From Candidatus Thorarchaeota archaeon (GTDB lineage: Archaea; Asgardarchaeota; Thorarchaeia; Thorarchaeales; Thorarchaeaceae), in the NCBI GenBank assembly GCA_003345545.1, contig PRDH01000006.1, positions 1 to 30,041 of the forward strand: a stretch of DNA of 30,041 bases. The letters run 5' to 3'. The notes under the pieces were generated by a model, which saw nothing but the letters and a program-made list of their open reading frames with translations, searched no databases and was not told the origin of the DNA. This document shows positions 1 through 9,432 of the stretch, piece by piece. Every line of letters starts with the position of its first letter. The stretch's first letter is position 1. A program made the position numbers and the translations under genes.

Positions 1-14
1 GCCTAAGAACGGAA

Positions 15-120
15 TGGTGGGCCCGTCGAGACTTGAACTCGAGACCCGCAGGTTATGAGCGTCAGCACACCAGAGAAGTTCTGAGTGTACGGCTGCTCTA
101 CCAAGCTGAGCTACGGGCCC
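15..120 (-). tRNA. tRNA with CAU anticodon, most likely tRNA-Ile2(CAU); 29-nt intron at position 30/31 (nt 61-89); CCA encoded
   Basis: Reverse complement: GGGCCCG-UA-GCUC-AGCUUGGUA-GAGC-A-GCCG|intron|G-CUCAUAA-CCUGC-GGGUC-UCGAG-UUCAAGU-CUCGA-CGGGCCC-A-CCA. Anticodon at + nt 55-57. The GGGCCCG acceptor stem is typical of archaeal tRNA-Ile rather than Met, so the Ile-versus-Met call is an inference. Confidence 0.92.
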
Positions 121-307
121 TTGAATGTGCTCGGCAATGTCTGTGCCTTAGATTCCAGATATTAACGTTGCGAATAGAAACCTTGCATCCATCATGCCAA
201 GTATCTTGCCTCCAGGAAGTGCGCCTGTTCTGTGTTTTGTATAGAGGATTTCTCCGACTTTATATTGATTCACCGAAACTACGAGAAAACGACCGAGACC
301 TGCTTCT

Positions 308-658
308 ATGATTCTCCTGTTCACCTCTGACCACTGTGCATGGTGTGATGTTCTCAAGATGATGCTTGATGATGAATCAGGCGAGCTTGGCATACCTGAA
401 ACGGTATTCGAGGTCGATGTGGATAGGCACCATCATATAGCAGAGGCATATGGAATTCTGGTCGTTCCTACTCTTGTTGCAGGGATGCAGAAGATCTCAG
501 GTGTCCCTACGCACTCTGATCTCAAGTCGTTTCTTCTTCAAGTCAGCCCTACGATACAGTCGACAACAGAGAGAGGGGCTCCCAGTTCAGTGATACGTGA
601 GGCACGAGGTCTGAGAGAATCCCCAGTGGATGAGAAAGCGATTGCTCGACCGATGTAG
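308..658 (+). CDS. Thioredoxin/glutaredoxin-like protein
   Basis: CxxC motif (FTSDHCAWC), EVDVD strand, and the AEAYGILVVPTLV cis-Pro loop of the thioredoxin fold; ~30-aa extra C-terminal tail. Confidence 0.85.
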   Translation: MILLFTSDHCAWCDVLKMMLDDESGELGIPETVFEVDVDRHHHIAEAYGILVVPTLVAGMQKISGVPTHSDLKSFLLQVSPTIQSTTERGAPSSVIREARGLRESPVDEKAIARPM

Positions 659-701
659 AGGGCAGTATCGAGAACAGACTGCAGGAGCACTCTGCACAAT
701 C

Positions 702-708
702 TTAATAA
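702..708 (+). promoter_or_regulatory. Putative TATA box of tRNA-Glu
   Basis: TTAATAA about 30 nt upstream of the tRNA 5' end at 737. Confidence 0.45.
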
Positions 709-736
709 CTATATGACTGACCTCGCTGAAAACACG

Positions 737-843
737 GCCCCGATGGTGTAGCTCGGCCCAGCATCTAGGGTTTTCGACCCTGAGACCCGGGTTCAAAAGA
801 GGTAATGAATGCCATTCCTCTGAGATTCCCGGTCGGGGCACCA
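737..843 (+). tRNA. tRNA-Glu(UUC) with 29-nt T-loop intron at position 59/60 (nt 798-826); CCA encoded
   Basis: Acceptor GCCCCGA/TCGGGGC, anticodon stem TAGGG/CCCTG, loop TTTTCGA (anticodon TTC 773-775), T stem CCGGG/CCCGG, T loop TTCAAA|intron|T, then A-CCA. Confidence 0.93.
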
Positions 844-863
844 TCCTTCCTACTTCACTAGCA

Positions 864-1721
864 TCAATTCAGCGACAGACGCATATTGAAATCTGCAGCA
901 TTATAGGAGTGAGTGAGGGCGCCAGAAGAGATCACATCTATTCTGTAGCGTGCGTAATCACGGACATTCTCTTCATTGACTCCGCCGGAGACCTCAAGGA
1001 TGACCTTCTTACGGAGCCCCTTGTGCTCAAGGACCTCGATGACGCCTCCGATATCCTTTGGCTTGAAGTTGTCTAGGAGGATGATATCTGCACCAGCACC
1101 TATGGCCTCCTCCACTTCCTGTAGGGTCCGGGCTTCGCATGATATCTTCTTACTGAAAGAGACCGCCTCTCTTGCGGCTGTCACTGCAGCATGAACACCA
1201 CCAGCAATAGTGATGTGGTTATTCTTGATGAGGATCATATCATCAAGCGCATAGCGATGTGGGTCGCCTCCTCCCACGATGACAGCACGTTTTTCGAAGA
1301 ACCGGAATCCTGGGGTGGTCTTTCGAGTGCATGCAATCCTGATGCTTGGATTCACCTCTCTCGCGGAGCTCACCATCTTGTAGGTCTTTGTTGCTATTCC
1401 GCTCATTCGCTGGATGATGTTTAGGCACACTCGTTCGATGGTGAGAAGAGTCCTGGCATTTCCTTTCAGCCGCATCACTGGGTCTTGAGGGCTCACCCAA
1501 TTTCCCTCGAACGCTAGAATCTCATGGGTCAGTCCCGAAAACTCTGCGATAGCCGCAATCTCCTCAATTCCTGCCAGCACTGCATTCTCTCTGGCATAGA
1601 TTGTCGCTATTGCTGTCTTGTCAGCAGGGATTGTCAGTTCCGTGGTGAGATCACCAGACCTTACATCTTCAGCAATGTACCTCTTCAGGGTCTCAATGAT
1701 CTCAGGAGGAAGTCTACTCAT
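864..1721 (-). CDS. nadC: Nicotinate-nucleotide diphosphorylase (quinolinate phosphoribosyltransferase)
   Basis: EDV..GDLTT, ERVCLN, RMSGIAT, CTRKTTPG, HRYALDDMILIKNNHI, IILLDN, EVSGG, ISSGALTHS motifs. Confidence 0.97.
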   Translation of the reverse strand: MSRLPPEIIETLKRYIAEDVRSGDLTTELTIPADKTAIATIYARENAVLAGIEEIAAIAEFSGLTHEILAFEGNWVSPQDPVMRLKGNARTLLTIERVCLNIIQRMSGIATKTYKMVSSAREVNPSIRIACTRKTTPGFRFFEKRAVIVGGGDPHRYALDDMILIKNNHITIAGGVHAAVTAAREAVSFSKKISCEARTLQEVEEAIGAGADIILLDNFKPKDIGGVIEVLEHKGLRKKVILEVSGGVNEENVRDYARYRIDVISSGALTHSYNAADFNMRLSLN

Positions 1722-1734
1722 ACACTCGCCTCAA

Positions 1735-2364
1735 CTAACATCTTGCATGCACCGGGTCTCTCAGGATTCCTCCCTTGGGAGTTTCCTCACCAAAGATCTC
1801 TGCCTGAAAGGACATGAACTCTGTCTTTGTATCCTTCCAAGCATCCAGAGGGAGGCCTGCCTTGTTGCAGGTATGCTCCAGGAACTGCTTTGTATCCCAT
1901 CCCCACTCCACGGGCACCTGTGGCAGTAGCAGTCCGCGCCACATTCCTCTTGATGCAATCAGTCCGTCGCGTCCTATCTTGACAGAGTCCATGAGTTCTT
2001 TGGGCTTTGACCAATTGATCTTCTTCGGCGGGGTGAGAATACTCAGCTCTACCAAGATGTTATCAAGTTCCCTCTGTGTGACAGGAGGAAAACGGGGATC
2101 GTTCGTAGATGCGTCTACTGCTGAATCTATCGTTGCCTCCACGAGTGGTTGAGTCGGGTAGGGCCGCCCGATGCACCCTCGGAGCTCAACATGCTCTCCA
2201 GTGACTGAGTTCAGAGTCACAAACACACCCGATTTGGCTGTGAGAGCTTTGGGCACATCATCTGGAACTTCCGGTTTAATCTTCTTGGTGACATACCCAT
2301 CCACTGTCTGTCTTGCCAGCTTCACAAGGTATGTACCGTTTTCATCAGAATATACATGCGACAC
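1735..2364 (-). CDS. AMMECR1-domain protein (AmmeMemoRadiSam system protein A family)
   Basis: GVFVTL, LRGCIG, DPRFPPV, GRDGL, GLLLPQVPVEWGW, CNKAGL motifs; GTG start. Confidence 0.95.
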   Translation of the reverse strand: MSHVYSDENGTYLVKLARQTVDGYVTKKIKPEVPDDVPKALTAKSGVFVTLNSVTGEHVELRGCIGRPYPTQPLVEATIDSAVDASTNDPRFPPVTQRELDNILVELSILTPPKKINWSKPKELMDSVKIGRDGLIASRGMWRGLLLPQVPVEWGWDTKQFLEHTCNKAGLPLDAWKDTKTEFMSFQAEIFGEETPKGGILRDPVHARC

Positions 2365-2409
2365 TTGAGTTCAACCCCGGTTATCTGCGTCGAATCACGG
2401 TTATTTGTC

Positions 2410-3732
2410 TTACAGTTGATAGGGTTTTCGTACTGGCACCTGTCCTGCTATGCCTAGTCTGGCCACGAATTCTTCCTCATGATAGACGACTTCTCCGCCC
2501 ACGATGGTACTAATGGGTCGAGCAAGGACTCGCCGTCCCTCAAAGGGAGTGATCTTGGCCTTTGAATAGAAGTCCGCCCCTGAGATATACCACTCCTGCC
2601 TGCGAACAAGAACAATGTCTGCGTCATATCCCTGTGCCAGAATCCCCTTGTTTGGCAATCCCAGTACCGCTGCAGGTCCCGAACAGCAACATCTGAGGAA
2701 ATCAATCCATGACATTCTTCCCTCAAAGACCTCTGTCAGTACGAGAGGCAGGGTGGTCTCAAGTCCAGGAATGCCTGCTGCTGCTTCCAAGAAGGGTGCT
2801 GTCTTCTCTGCATCTGTGTGTGGTGCATGGTCTGATGCTATGCAATCAAGCACACATTTCGTAGAGAGCGCTTCAGAGAGCATTTTGGCATCATAGGGCG
2901 AGCGCAGAGGAGGGAGCATCTTGGCGCGACCATCATCATGTGCAAAATCACCGCCTGAGAGGAACATGTGATGGGGCGTGACTTCTGCAGTCAAGGTTTG
3001 TTCAGCTCGATGTTCAAGAATCAGTCTGGCCGTTGCGGCACAGCTCACATGGCAGACATGCAGCCTGGCCTCGTATTCGACCTTTGCGTCTAAGAACGAT
3101 TGAAGTGATCTGACCTCGCTCTCACAACTGTGTATGCGAAAGTATTCCTCTTGGCTCTTCGCGATATCGCCCTTACTCGATGAGTCTGGATGAAAGAGGA
3201 GTGGGAGGTTATGGTCCTTTGCAAGTTTCAGGCACTCCTGTATCCGTTTACGATCATAGACTGTTCCTTCTGTGAGCGGCGCATGTGGATAGACCTTGAA
3301 TCCAAGAATGTCCGGTGCCATCGCCGCATCGAAACTCTTGATGTCCTTTGGAATTCCTGCATAGAATCCGACGTTCACATAACGCTTAGACAGGGCGCTC
3401 TTGATCTTCCTATCTAGTACCTCTTTGGATAGAACGGGAGGAACCGAATTGGGCATGTCCACAACTGTTGTGACACCGCCAGCCGCGGCTGCCATTGTGC
3501 CTGACTCATAGTCCTCCTTATTCGACTGATCCAAGTCGCGCAAGTGTACATGCATATCAATGAGTCCTGGAAGGACGTAGAGTCCTCGGCTGTCTAGAGT
3601 CTCTTTGCTCCGGGGCTCCTTGCCATGCTTATAGAAGCCCTCTATTTTGCCCTCATCAATTGCCACAGACCGTACTGACTCTCTATCACTCACTATCAGA
3701 ATGCCATCCTTGAGAACCAAGTCAACAGTCAT
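2410..3732 (-). CDS. pyrC: Dihydroorotase (cyclic amidohydrolase family)
   Basis: PGLIDMHVHLRD, AAAAGGVTTVVDMPN, HVCHVS, EVTPHH, PPLR, ASDHAPH, KITPFEG. Confidence 0.9.
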   Translation of the reverse strand: MTVDLVLKDGILIVSDRESVRSVAIDEGKIEGFYKHGKEPRSKETLDSRGLYVLPGLIDMHVHLRDLDQSNKEDYESGTMAAAAGGVTTVVDMPNSVPPVLSKEVLDRKIKSALSKRYVNVGFYAGIPKDIKSFDAAMAPDILGFKVYPHAPLTEGTVYDRKRIQECLKLAKDHNLPLLFHPDSSSKGDIAKSQEEYFRIHSCESEVRSLQSFLDAKVEYEARLHVCHVSCAATARLILEHRAEQTLTAEVTPHHMFLSGGDFAHDDGRAKMLPPLRSPYDAKMLSEALSTKCVLDCIASDHAPHTDAEKTAPFLEAAAGIPGLETTLPLVLTEVFEGRMSWIDFLRCCCSGPAAVLGLPNKGILAQGYDADIVLVRRQEWYISGADFYSKAKITPFEGRRVLARPISTIVGGEVVYHEEEFVARLGIAGQVPVRKPYQL

Positions 3733-3801
3733 ATGACGACCACGCGGGCTCTGTCAGTGCCTTCTCACTACTGACAGTATACAAGATTATTCAGATGCAC
3801 T

Positions 3802-4605
3802 CTACACCTTAAACTTGTTTGCCACAAAGCGGGTCAAGTCAGTTGCACTAATCATACCGACTAGTCTGTTTCCCTTACCCACCACAGGCAGCGTATTCAG
3901 CTTTGCCTCTATCATCTTAGCAGCAGCTGATGCAATGGAATCTTCTGGGTCGGCCAGCGGCGGTTGTTGAAGCATGGCGTCGACAACCCGGATTTGTCTC
4001 ACCTGATTCGATCGATGTTTATCTGGCACCTCTACAGTGAATTTTGCCATTGCCAATGCGACCAATCTCTCAGTGATAAGGCCGAGGACGCGGCCGCCAT
4101 CGGTGACAGGAAGACCAGAGAAGCCTGCTGCGAGCATGTCACCTCTTGCCTTGACCAGTCTCGCGACAGGATTGACCTGAAGAATGTCCTTCGTTGTCAT
4201 GAGGTCCTTGATCTTCACTTTATCGAACCTGTCAACGAGCTTCACCATCTCCATCTTTGTAATGACACCCAATAGTGCACCTTGGGGATCAACAACAGGG
4301 CACCCACTCATCCCTCTTTCCACCATCATTTGTGCAACATCGGTCACCTCATCATCGGGACCCACCGTTATCACAGTGTCTGTCATTGCACTAGACACAT
4401 GGAGTCTCTGGATTGAGAGTGCCACTACCTTGCTCACCCCTAATCTATCAGCTACATCAGCGTAAGTCAATATACCTGATACAACCCCGTTCTGAACGAC
4501 CACAAGTCTGTCGATGCCTCTCTTCTCAAGTTGCTCAAGAGCGTAGGACAAGCGCTCATCTTTATCGATTGTAACTGGTTCAACCATAATCTGACTTACT
4601 TTCAT
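3802..4605 (-). CDS. CBS-domain protein (two CBS pairs)
   Basis: Four CBS repeats (GILTYAD, GVITKME, GLITERL, GMISATD). Start placed at ATG 4605 (MKVSQIM); the ORF extends to 4644. Confidence 0.9.
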   Translation of the reverse strand: MKVSQIMVEPVTIDKDERLSYALEQLEKRGIDRLVVVQNGVVSGILTYADVADRLGVSKVVALSIQRLHVSSAMTDTVITVGPDDEVTDVAQMMVERGMSGCPVVDPQGALLGVITKMEMVKLVDRFDKVKIKDLMTTKDILQVNPVARLVKARGDMLAAGFSGLPVTDGGRVLGLITERLVALAMAKFTVEVPDKHRSNQVRQIRVVDAMLQQPPLADPEDSIASAAAKMIEAKLNTLPVVGKGNRLVGMISATDLTRFVANKFKV

Positions 4606-4654
4606 GATATCTTCCTCTTGCGTAGTATAATAGTTGATGGACAATTAAAGATGA

Positions 4655-5245
4655 TTAATCTGCATCTTCCGACTCCTCGCGACAGGACTCGCAGAGATAC
4701 TCGCCGTTTTCAAAGACCAGGTCCGCCGAGTATTCCCCACAGTTGTCGCACTCGCCACCGTATGCAACGAGGTCTTCATCTTCTTCTTCTCCAGCCTTGT
4801 TCTGTGCTGCCTCATCACTCTTGAGCCGGAGAGACTCTACAAGGACATCAATAAGTTCTGGGGACCAGCGTAGAATGTCCCTTGATGTTATGATTCCAGC
4901 AAGCGAGTTGTTCTTCAGTACAGCTACACGTCTGATGTTGCTCTTGGCCATCACCCGCATTGCATCAGTGAGGGGTGTACTAGGTTCCACATGGATGATT
5001 GGCGTAGACATTATCTCAGAGGCATGAGTGGTCTTTGGATTCCGCTCGCGTACAATAACGCGTCTGACTATGTCTTCCTCTGTGATGATACCTAGGGGTC
5101 GATCCTCGTCCGTAATGATGACAGAACTGATGTCCATGTCTGACATGGACTTTGCAACTTCGAGTACAGAGGCTTCTAATGGCATAGTCACCACGTTGAC
5201 TGTCATGATGTCTCTCACAAACATCGAATGAGACGGCTCGGACAT
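4655..5245 (-). CDS. CBS-pair protein with C-terminal Zn ribbon
   Basis: VRDIMT, GIITEEDI, GIITSRDIL, then acidic linker and CDNC...CESC. Start placed at ATG 5245; the ORF extends to 5278. Confidence 0.9.
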   Translation of the reverse strand: MSEPSHSMFVRDIMTVNVVTMPLEASVLEVAKSMSDMDISSVIITDEDRPLGIITEEDIVRRVIVRERNPKTTHASEIMSTPIIHVEPSTPLTDAMRVMAKSNIRRVAVLKNNSLAGIITSRDILRWSPELIDVLVESLRLKSDEAAQNKAGEEEDEDLVAYGGECDNCGEYSADLVFENGEYLCESCREESEDAD

Positions 5246-5393
5246 GAATTCTACCTCAATTAGGAGTTGACCAAACACTCAGACAACCCATGGAGCGTCT
5301 GTTCATGATGAATTTCTCCTACTTTGATTTTAAATGTGTCTGTGTTAGTGTGACCGCACATTGTGCATCAAAACGCGCTCTAGAAGAGACGAT

Positions 5394-7418
5394 TCAGGGC
5401 CTATCAACAATACGTCCTTCGCCGGAAGGAAGAACACGCATCATATCTTCCTGAGGAATCTCACTGACAAGGTGTGCTTGTTCCTCAGGGACGAGGCGCT
5501 TGAGATGATCCAGAATCTCCTTCACTATCTGGCCTTTCTTTGTGCCACCCGGCTCTATGCGCACAGAGTAGTTGGTCTGTGGCTCTATGGCCGTCGGGGG
5601 CCCAGAGATCGGGATCGCATAGTCCTCCTCAAGAAGTACCCCCACAGCTAGCTCCACTGGTACGTTACGAAGATAGTTCTTGGTTCCATAGAGCATCACC
5701 GAGCCTGACGGCAGATATTCTCCTGAGGGAGGAGTGAAACTGACCTGCTCAGGATTGACCCAGAAAGCGTCTCCACTTGAGAGTCCATCTAGCCACGCTC
5801 TGGAGAAGGTCACTGCAAACTGTGCAGCCTCTCTGAGAGTCTTTTCGCCCGGGGGTTCATCTGGAACCTTGATCACTATATACGGTGCTCCATGGATCGA
5901 TGCATGGAGGAATACATCATTCGGGCTCATCTGATTCTTTGCCAGACTCTCGTTGCTCTTTGCATCACGCCCTCCTATGATGAGGTAACCCTCTGATGAG
6001 ACGAACCATCTGAACTTCTCATACCACCGCTTCTTCCTAGGCTTGGCCTGAACCTTCTTTGTTTCTGGTTCTGCAATACTTACCTGTAATCGTTCCATCT
6101 TTGCCTTTGTCTTCTCAATCTGCATTCTTGCACCGCTCACTCTGGACTCCGCCTTCTTTGCCTGGTCAAAGGCCATAGACGCATTGTCCTGCACGGTTAG
6201 TCGAATATCGAGACTGACGGCCGTACCTTTTAGATTGACAGTCATTTCTCCCTGAGATGGCATTATTCGTTCTACCAGAGTGGCTGACGGAATTCCTCTC
6301 CTTTTTCCCTCATCTATCCTCTGAATAATCTCATCCCATGCAATACCATCTGCTCTCGCTTTTGTCACTGTTTCAAGCAGCTCTTGTATTGGTGTGAAGT
6401 AAGAATAGATGAGTTCCCCCGCAAGCCGCATTTTCTCAGCCTTCAGTACCAGGCCCCCAATGCTCTCGTTCTGCTTGTCAATGATCACTTGCAGTCGTTT
6501 TTGTTCCTCTGATAGGGCCTCTTGTGCCTGTTCGTCCTCCAACTCACCTTCAGAAACTCCGAAGAACTGATCAATTGCTTGACTAAAGCTATCGAAGGTC
6601 TGAGTAGGCAGTTCCCGATAGAGTTCGAACTTGAAGGGCAAAAAGGCAACGTAGCCCGGCTCTTCTTCCTCCTCAGATGGCTCGCCCTCCAGCACTATAT
6701 TGGGAATGGAAACACCTGCCTTAAGACGTGTAATGAATTCTGTCAGTCCTCTCTTGAGATCCGAGAGTGTCTGATTATCTATATCTGGTATCATGACTTT
6801 AGGGGACACTGATGATAGGGCGCAGATCTCTTCACAACTGAGCGAATCGATGTTCAGTCTACTTGCCAGAGTCCTTACAATATTGGCCTTTGAGTCTGCC
6901 AAAACACTCCCAAAAGACTCAGAGTCAATACCGAACAGGTCTTCTCCTCTGAGAGGTGGGAATTCGAAAAGCTCCTTGGGAACGATATTTCGGTCTCGCA
7001 TTCTCTTGTAGTGCATCGCGGTAAAGATGGTATCCTTCGGGTCCAAGAGAAGAATGTTCCCCGACCCAAACAACTCTGCAACAAGCTTATAGCTCTCAGT
7101 ATCATCACCCACCTCGATGATGACAATTCTATCAAGGTCGTGTTGCTTGATTGAGATAATCCTCTTTTCTCTCAGGTATTTCCTCAGCACCATGCAGAGA
7201 TGAGGAGGCTGACGGGGCGCTTTTCGGCTATACTCTGTGAGATGAATTCGTCGTCCAGGCTCTATGAGCAGTTGATAGTTTCCACCGCCTGATTTGTAGA
7301 GTTTCAAGACAAAGATATCGCCATACTGATAGACATTCTTGATGAAAGAACCCTCTCCTACTTCACGTAACTCAGGCAGGATGAGTCTGATATCAATATT
7401 ACTCATAGAGTCCTTCAT
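5394..7418 (-). CDS. rqcH: Ribosome quality-control protein Rqc2/RqcH (NFACT family)
   Basis: N-terminal MSNIDI, LRKYL, DRIV, ELFGSGNILL; coiled coil; WYEKFRWFVSSEGYLIIGGRDAKSNE, HASIHGAP, PSGEYLPSGS. Start ATG 7418; the ORF extends to 7436. Confidence 0.93.
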   Translation of the reverse strand: MKDSMSNIDIRLILPELREVGEGSFIKNVYQYGDIFVLKLYKSGGGNYQLLIEPGRRIHLTEYSRKAPRQPPHLCMVLRKYLREKRIISIKQHDLDRIVIIEVGDDTESYKLVAELFGSGNILLLDPKDTIFTAMHYKRMRDRNIVPKELFEFPPLRGEDLFGIDSESFGSVLADSKANIVRTLASRLNIDSLSCEEICALSSVSPKVMIPDIDNQTLSDLKRGLTEFITRLKAGVSIPNIVLEGEPSEEEEEPGYVAFLPFKFELYRELPTQTFDSFSQAIDQFFGVSEGELEDEQAQEALSEEQKRLQVIIDKQNESIGGLVLKAEKMRLAGELIYSYFTPIQELLETVTKARADGIAWDEIIQRIDEGKRRGIPSATLVERIMPSQGEMTVNLKGTAVSLDIRLTVQDNASMAFDQAKKAESRVSGARMQIEKTKAKMERLQVSIAEPETKKVQAKPRKKRWYEKFRWFVSSEGYLIIGGRDAKSNESLAKNQMSPNDVFLHASIHGAPYIVIKVPDEPPGEKTLREAAQFAVTFSRAWLDGLSSGDAFWVNPEQVSFTPPSGEYLPSGSVMLYGTKNYLRNVPVELAVGVLLEEDYAIPISGPPTAIEPQTNYSVRIEPGGTKKGQIVKEILDHLKRLVPEEQAHLVSEIPQEDMMRVLPSGEGRIVDRP

Positions 7419-7497
7419 TTCATTTCGTCTTGCCAACAGACCGACATGATTATAACATAGTCGATTGCACCACCGTTTATTGGACCGGTGAGCGATA

Positions 7498-7848
7498 ATG
7501 GACCTTACCCCGCTGAAGAACTTCTTTAACCGCTTGTTTGGCAGATGGGCGCACTCGCCAAATGACCAGCAGTACTATGTCAAGATGTTCTTTGCAATCA
7601 TCAGTGCTTTGATTTGTGGAATTGGGGGGCAAGTCTTTGCTGGCACTAGAGGTGTCATGCTCGGTTTCTTGATATACATCCTGAGCCTGTACGTCATTCG
7701 ATATCTCCTAGACATTGAGCCAGAGAAACTCGGAGGCATGCAGAAGATGATCACAAACTCATTGTTCTCATACCTCATGCTGTGGGTTGTATTATGGACT
7801 ATTCTCTACGCGTTTACTATTCCTGCCGATATCATCAGTACACTATAG
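7498..7848 (+). CDS. EMC6/Rab5ip-like three-TM membrane protein
   Basis: Three hydrophobic segments; IISALICGI, GFLIY and C-terminal LFSYLMLWVVLWTILY match the recalled EMC6 family pattern. Confidence 0.7.
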   Translation: MDLTPLKNFFNRLFGRWAHSPNDQQYYVKMFFAIISALICGIGGQVFAGTRGVMLGFLIYILSLYVIRYLLDIEPEKLGGMQKMITNSLFSYLMLWVVLWTILYAFTIPADIISTL

Positions 7849-7903
7849 CCACAGATTTCAAGGCCTGCTAGCAGACGCTGAGGGCTTTACAGAACGATAT
7901 CGA

Positions 7904-8428
7904 TTAAGCTACTGCAAGAAGCTGTAGTAGGAGGTATGCAGCTAGTACCATTGGAAGAAGCGGAGTGACCCTTGTAACCTCTTTTTTCGGTCTATATCGA
8001 GAGAAGAGGTACGCACCAAGAAGAATGGTTACTAGGAGCAGTCCCGAACCCAGAATACCCTCGAGTACGGGGTCTGACCAGCTTCCGAACTCTATTCCAG
8101 GGCTTAGTATGGCCACAGTGACCACAGCCTTCACATCAGCTCCTCCGAACGCACCTGCCCGAAAGAGCAAATATGCCACAAGGACCATGAACACGCTTGC
8201 TGAAAGATGCAGAAGTGCCTGGTCAACCAGATGCCCTGTGAGGATGACAATAACGAGCCCAGTGAGCCCGCCTGCAACCATTATTCGATTAGGAACAATG
8301 CGTGTTCGCAGGTCAAGCACCGCATAGATGAGCAGTAGTGCTGTTGTCGCAGCGAGAGACAGAATTGAAGGGACTGTTATCTCCAGAACCATCCGGTGCT
8401 CATCTCCACTCGTACTGTAGAATGCCAT
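7904..8428 (-). CDS. A24 family (prepilin/preflagellin) peptidase
   Basis: Polytopic membrane protein with both catalytic Asp motifs, AVLDLRTRIVPN and FGGADVK; C-terminal PLLP. The start may be ATG 8392. Confidence 0.85.
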   Translation of the reverse strand: MAFYSTSGDEHRMVLEITVPSILSLAATTALLLIYAVLDLRTRIVPNRIMVAGGLTGLVIVILTGHLVDQALLHLSASVFMVLVAYLLFRAGAFGGADVKAVVTVAILSPGIEFGSWSDPVLEGILGSGLLLVTILLGAYLFSRYRPKKEVTRVTPLLPMVLAAYLLLQLLAVA

Positions 8429-8543
8429 ATCGTATATAGTCGCCGTGGTACGACAGTAACACAGATTAACTGCCGCGCCGCAGACTGACGCACAACGGGG
8501 AACACACTCTGAACCCCAATTACCCTGTTCAGAAGTTGATCAC

Positions 8544-9431
8544 ATGCAAGACCCATACCAGGTAATCCATGATACAACGTTTCGTCTGCTCAAGAAGGCT
8601 GCCACGGAGCTCCCGAAGGATGTGAAGGAGGCACTGCATGCTGCTGCAGAGCGTGAGACCAACAAGATGGCGAAGACCCAGCTATCAGCTATTCTCACCA
8701 ATATCGAGATTGCTGAGACTGGAGTTCCAATGTGCCAAGACACAGGAATCATGATCTTCTACGTCAAGGTGGGGCACAAGTTCCCGTTTATTGGCGAGAT
8801 TAAGAATGCAATCGAACAGGCGGTTCGGAAGGCAACAGCTGAGGTTCCTCTTCGCCCTAATGCGGTGAATCCAATTGCAGGAGGCAACTCTGGTGACAAC
8901 ACGGGTGTGAAGATTCCTTGGATCAACTGGGAGATTGTAGATGGCGACTCACTCGAAGTGACAGCATTTCCAAAGGGTGGGGGTAGTGAGAACGTCTGCA
9001 TTGTTGGCATGCTCAAGCCAGGGGTCGGTCTCAAGGGTGTGAAGAAACTTGTAGTAGACAATGTGATGAGCTATATGGGTGAGGCCTGTGCGCCAAACAT
9101 CATTGGCGTTGGAATCGGCGGTGGATCTGATATCGCAATCAAGATCGCCAAACAGCAGCTTCTCCGTCCCCTGAATGACAGACATCCGGAACCCGAGGTG
9201 GCAAAGATCGAGCAGGAACTCATGGAGGCAATCAACGCCTCTGGTATCGGTCCCATGGGGTTAGGTGGAGACACGACAGTGCTTGGTGTGAAGGTCGACT
9301 ATGCCATGAGGCATCCCGCCAGTCTGCCCGTGGGAGTTGCTGTGCAATGTTGGGCAGCACGGCAGAGCAAGGCAATAATCTCGAAAGACCTGAAGGTCAC
9401 CTATGTGACACATCCAGTGGAGGGTAAGTAA
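8544..9431 (+). CDS. Fe-S fumarate hydratase/tartrate dehydratase, alpha subunit
   Basis: PMCQDTG, PLRPN, KGGGSEN, GIGPMGLGG, HPASLPV, QCWAAR. Confidence 0.95.
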   Translation: MQDPYQVIHDTTFRLLKKAATELPKDVKEALHAAAERETNKMAKTQLSAILTNIEIAETGVPMCQDTGIMIFYVKVGHKFPFIGEIKNAIEQAVRKATAEVPLRPNAVNPIAGGNSGDNTGVKIPWINWEIVDGDSLEVTAFPKGGGSENVCIVGMLKPGVGLKGVKKLVVDNVMSYMGEACAPNIIGVGIGGGSDIAIKIAKQQLLRPLNDRHPEPEVAKIEQELMEAINASGIGPMGLGGDTTVLGVKVDYAMRHPASLPVGVAVQCWAARQSKAIISKDLKVTYVTHPVEGK

Positions 9432-9432
9432 A

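Noticed and set aside
33-393. ORFs 33-311 (+) and 148-393 (-)
   Set aside because: They overlap the tRNA or the thioredoxin gene and show no recognisable motifs.
121-736. Thioredoxin gene between two tRNAs as an integrated element
   Set aside because: The tRNAs point away from it with their 5' ends inward; there is no integrase and no duplicated tRNA 3' end (att site).
61-826. tRNA introns as C/D box guide RNAs (both contain CTGA near the 3' end)
   Set aside because: They are only 29 nt long, have no convincing box C (RUGAUGA), and the CTGA bases are explained by the BHB central helix.
587-844. 85-aa minus-strand ORF
   Set aside because: It is antisense to tRNA-Glu and the thioredoxin gene; spurious.
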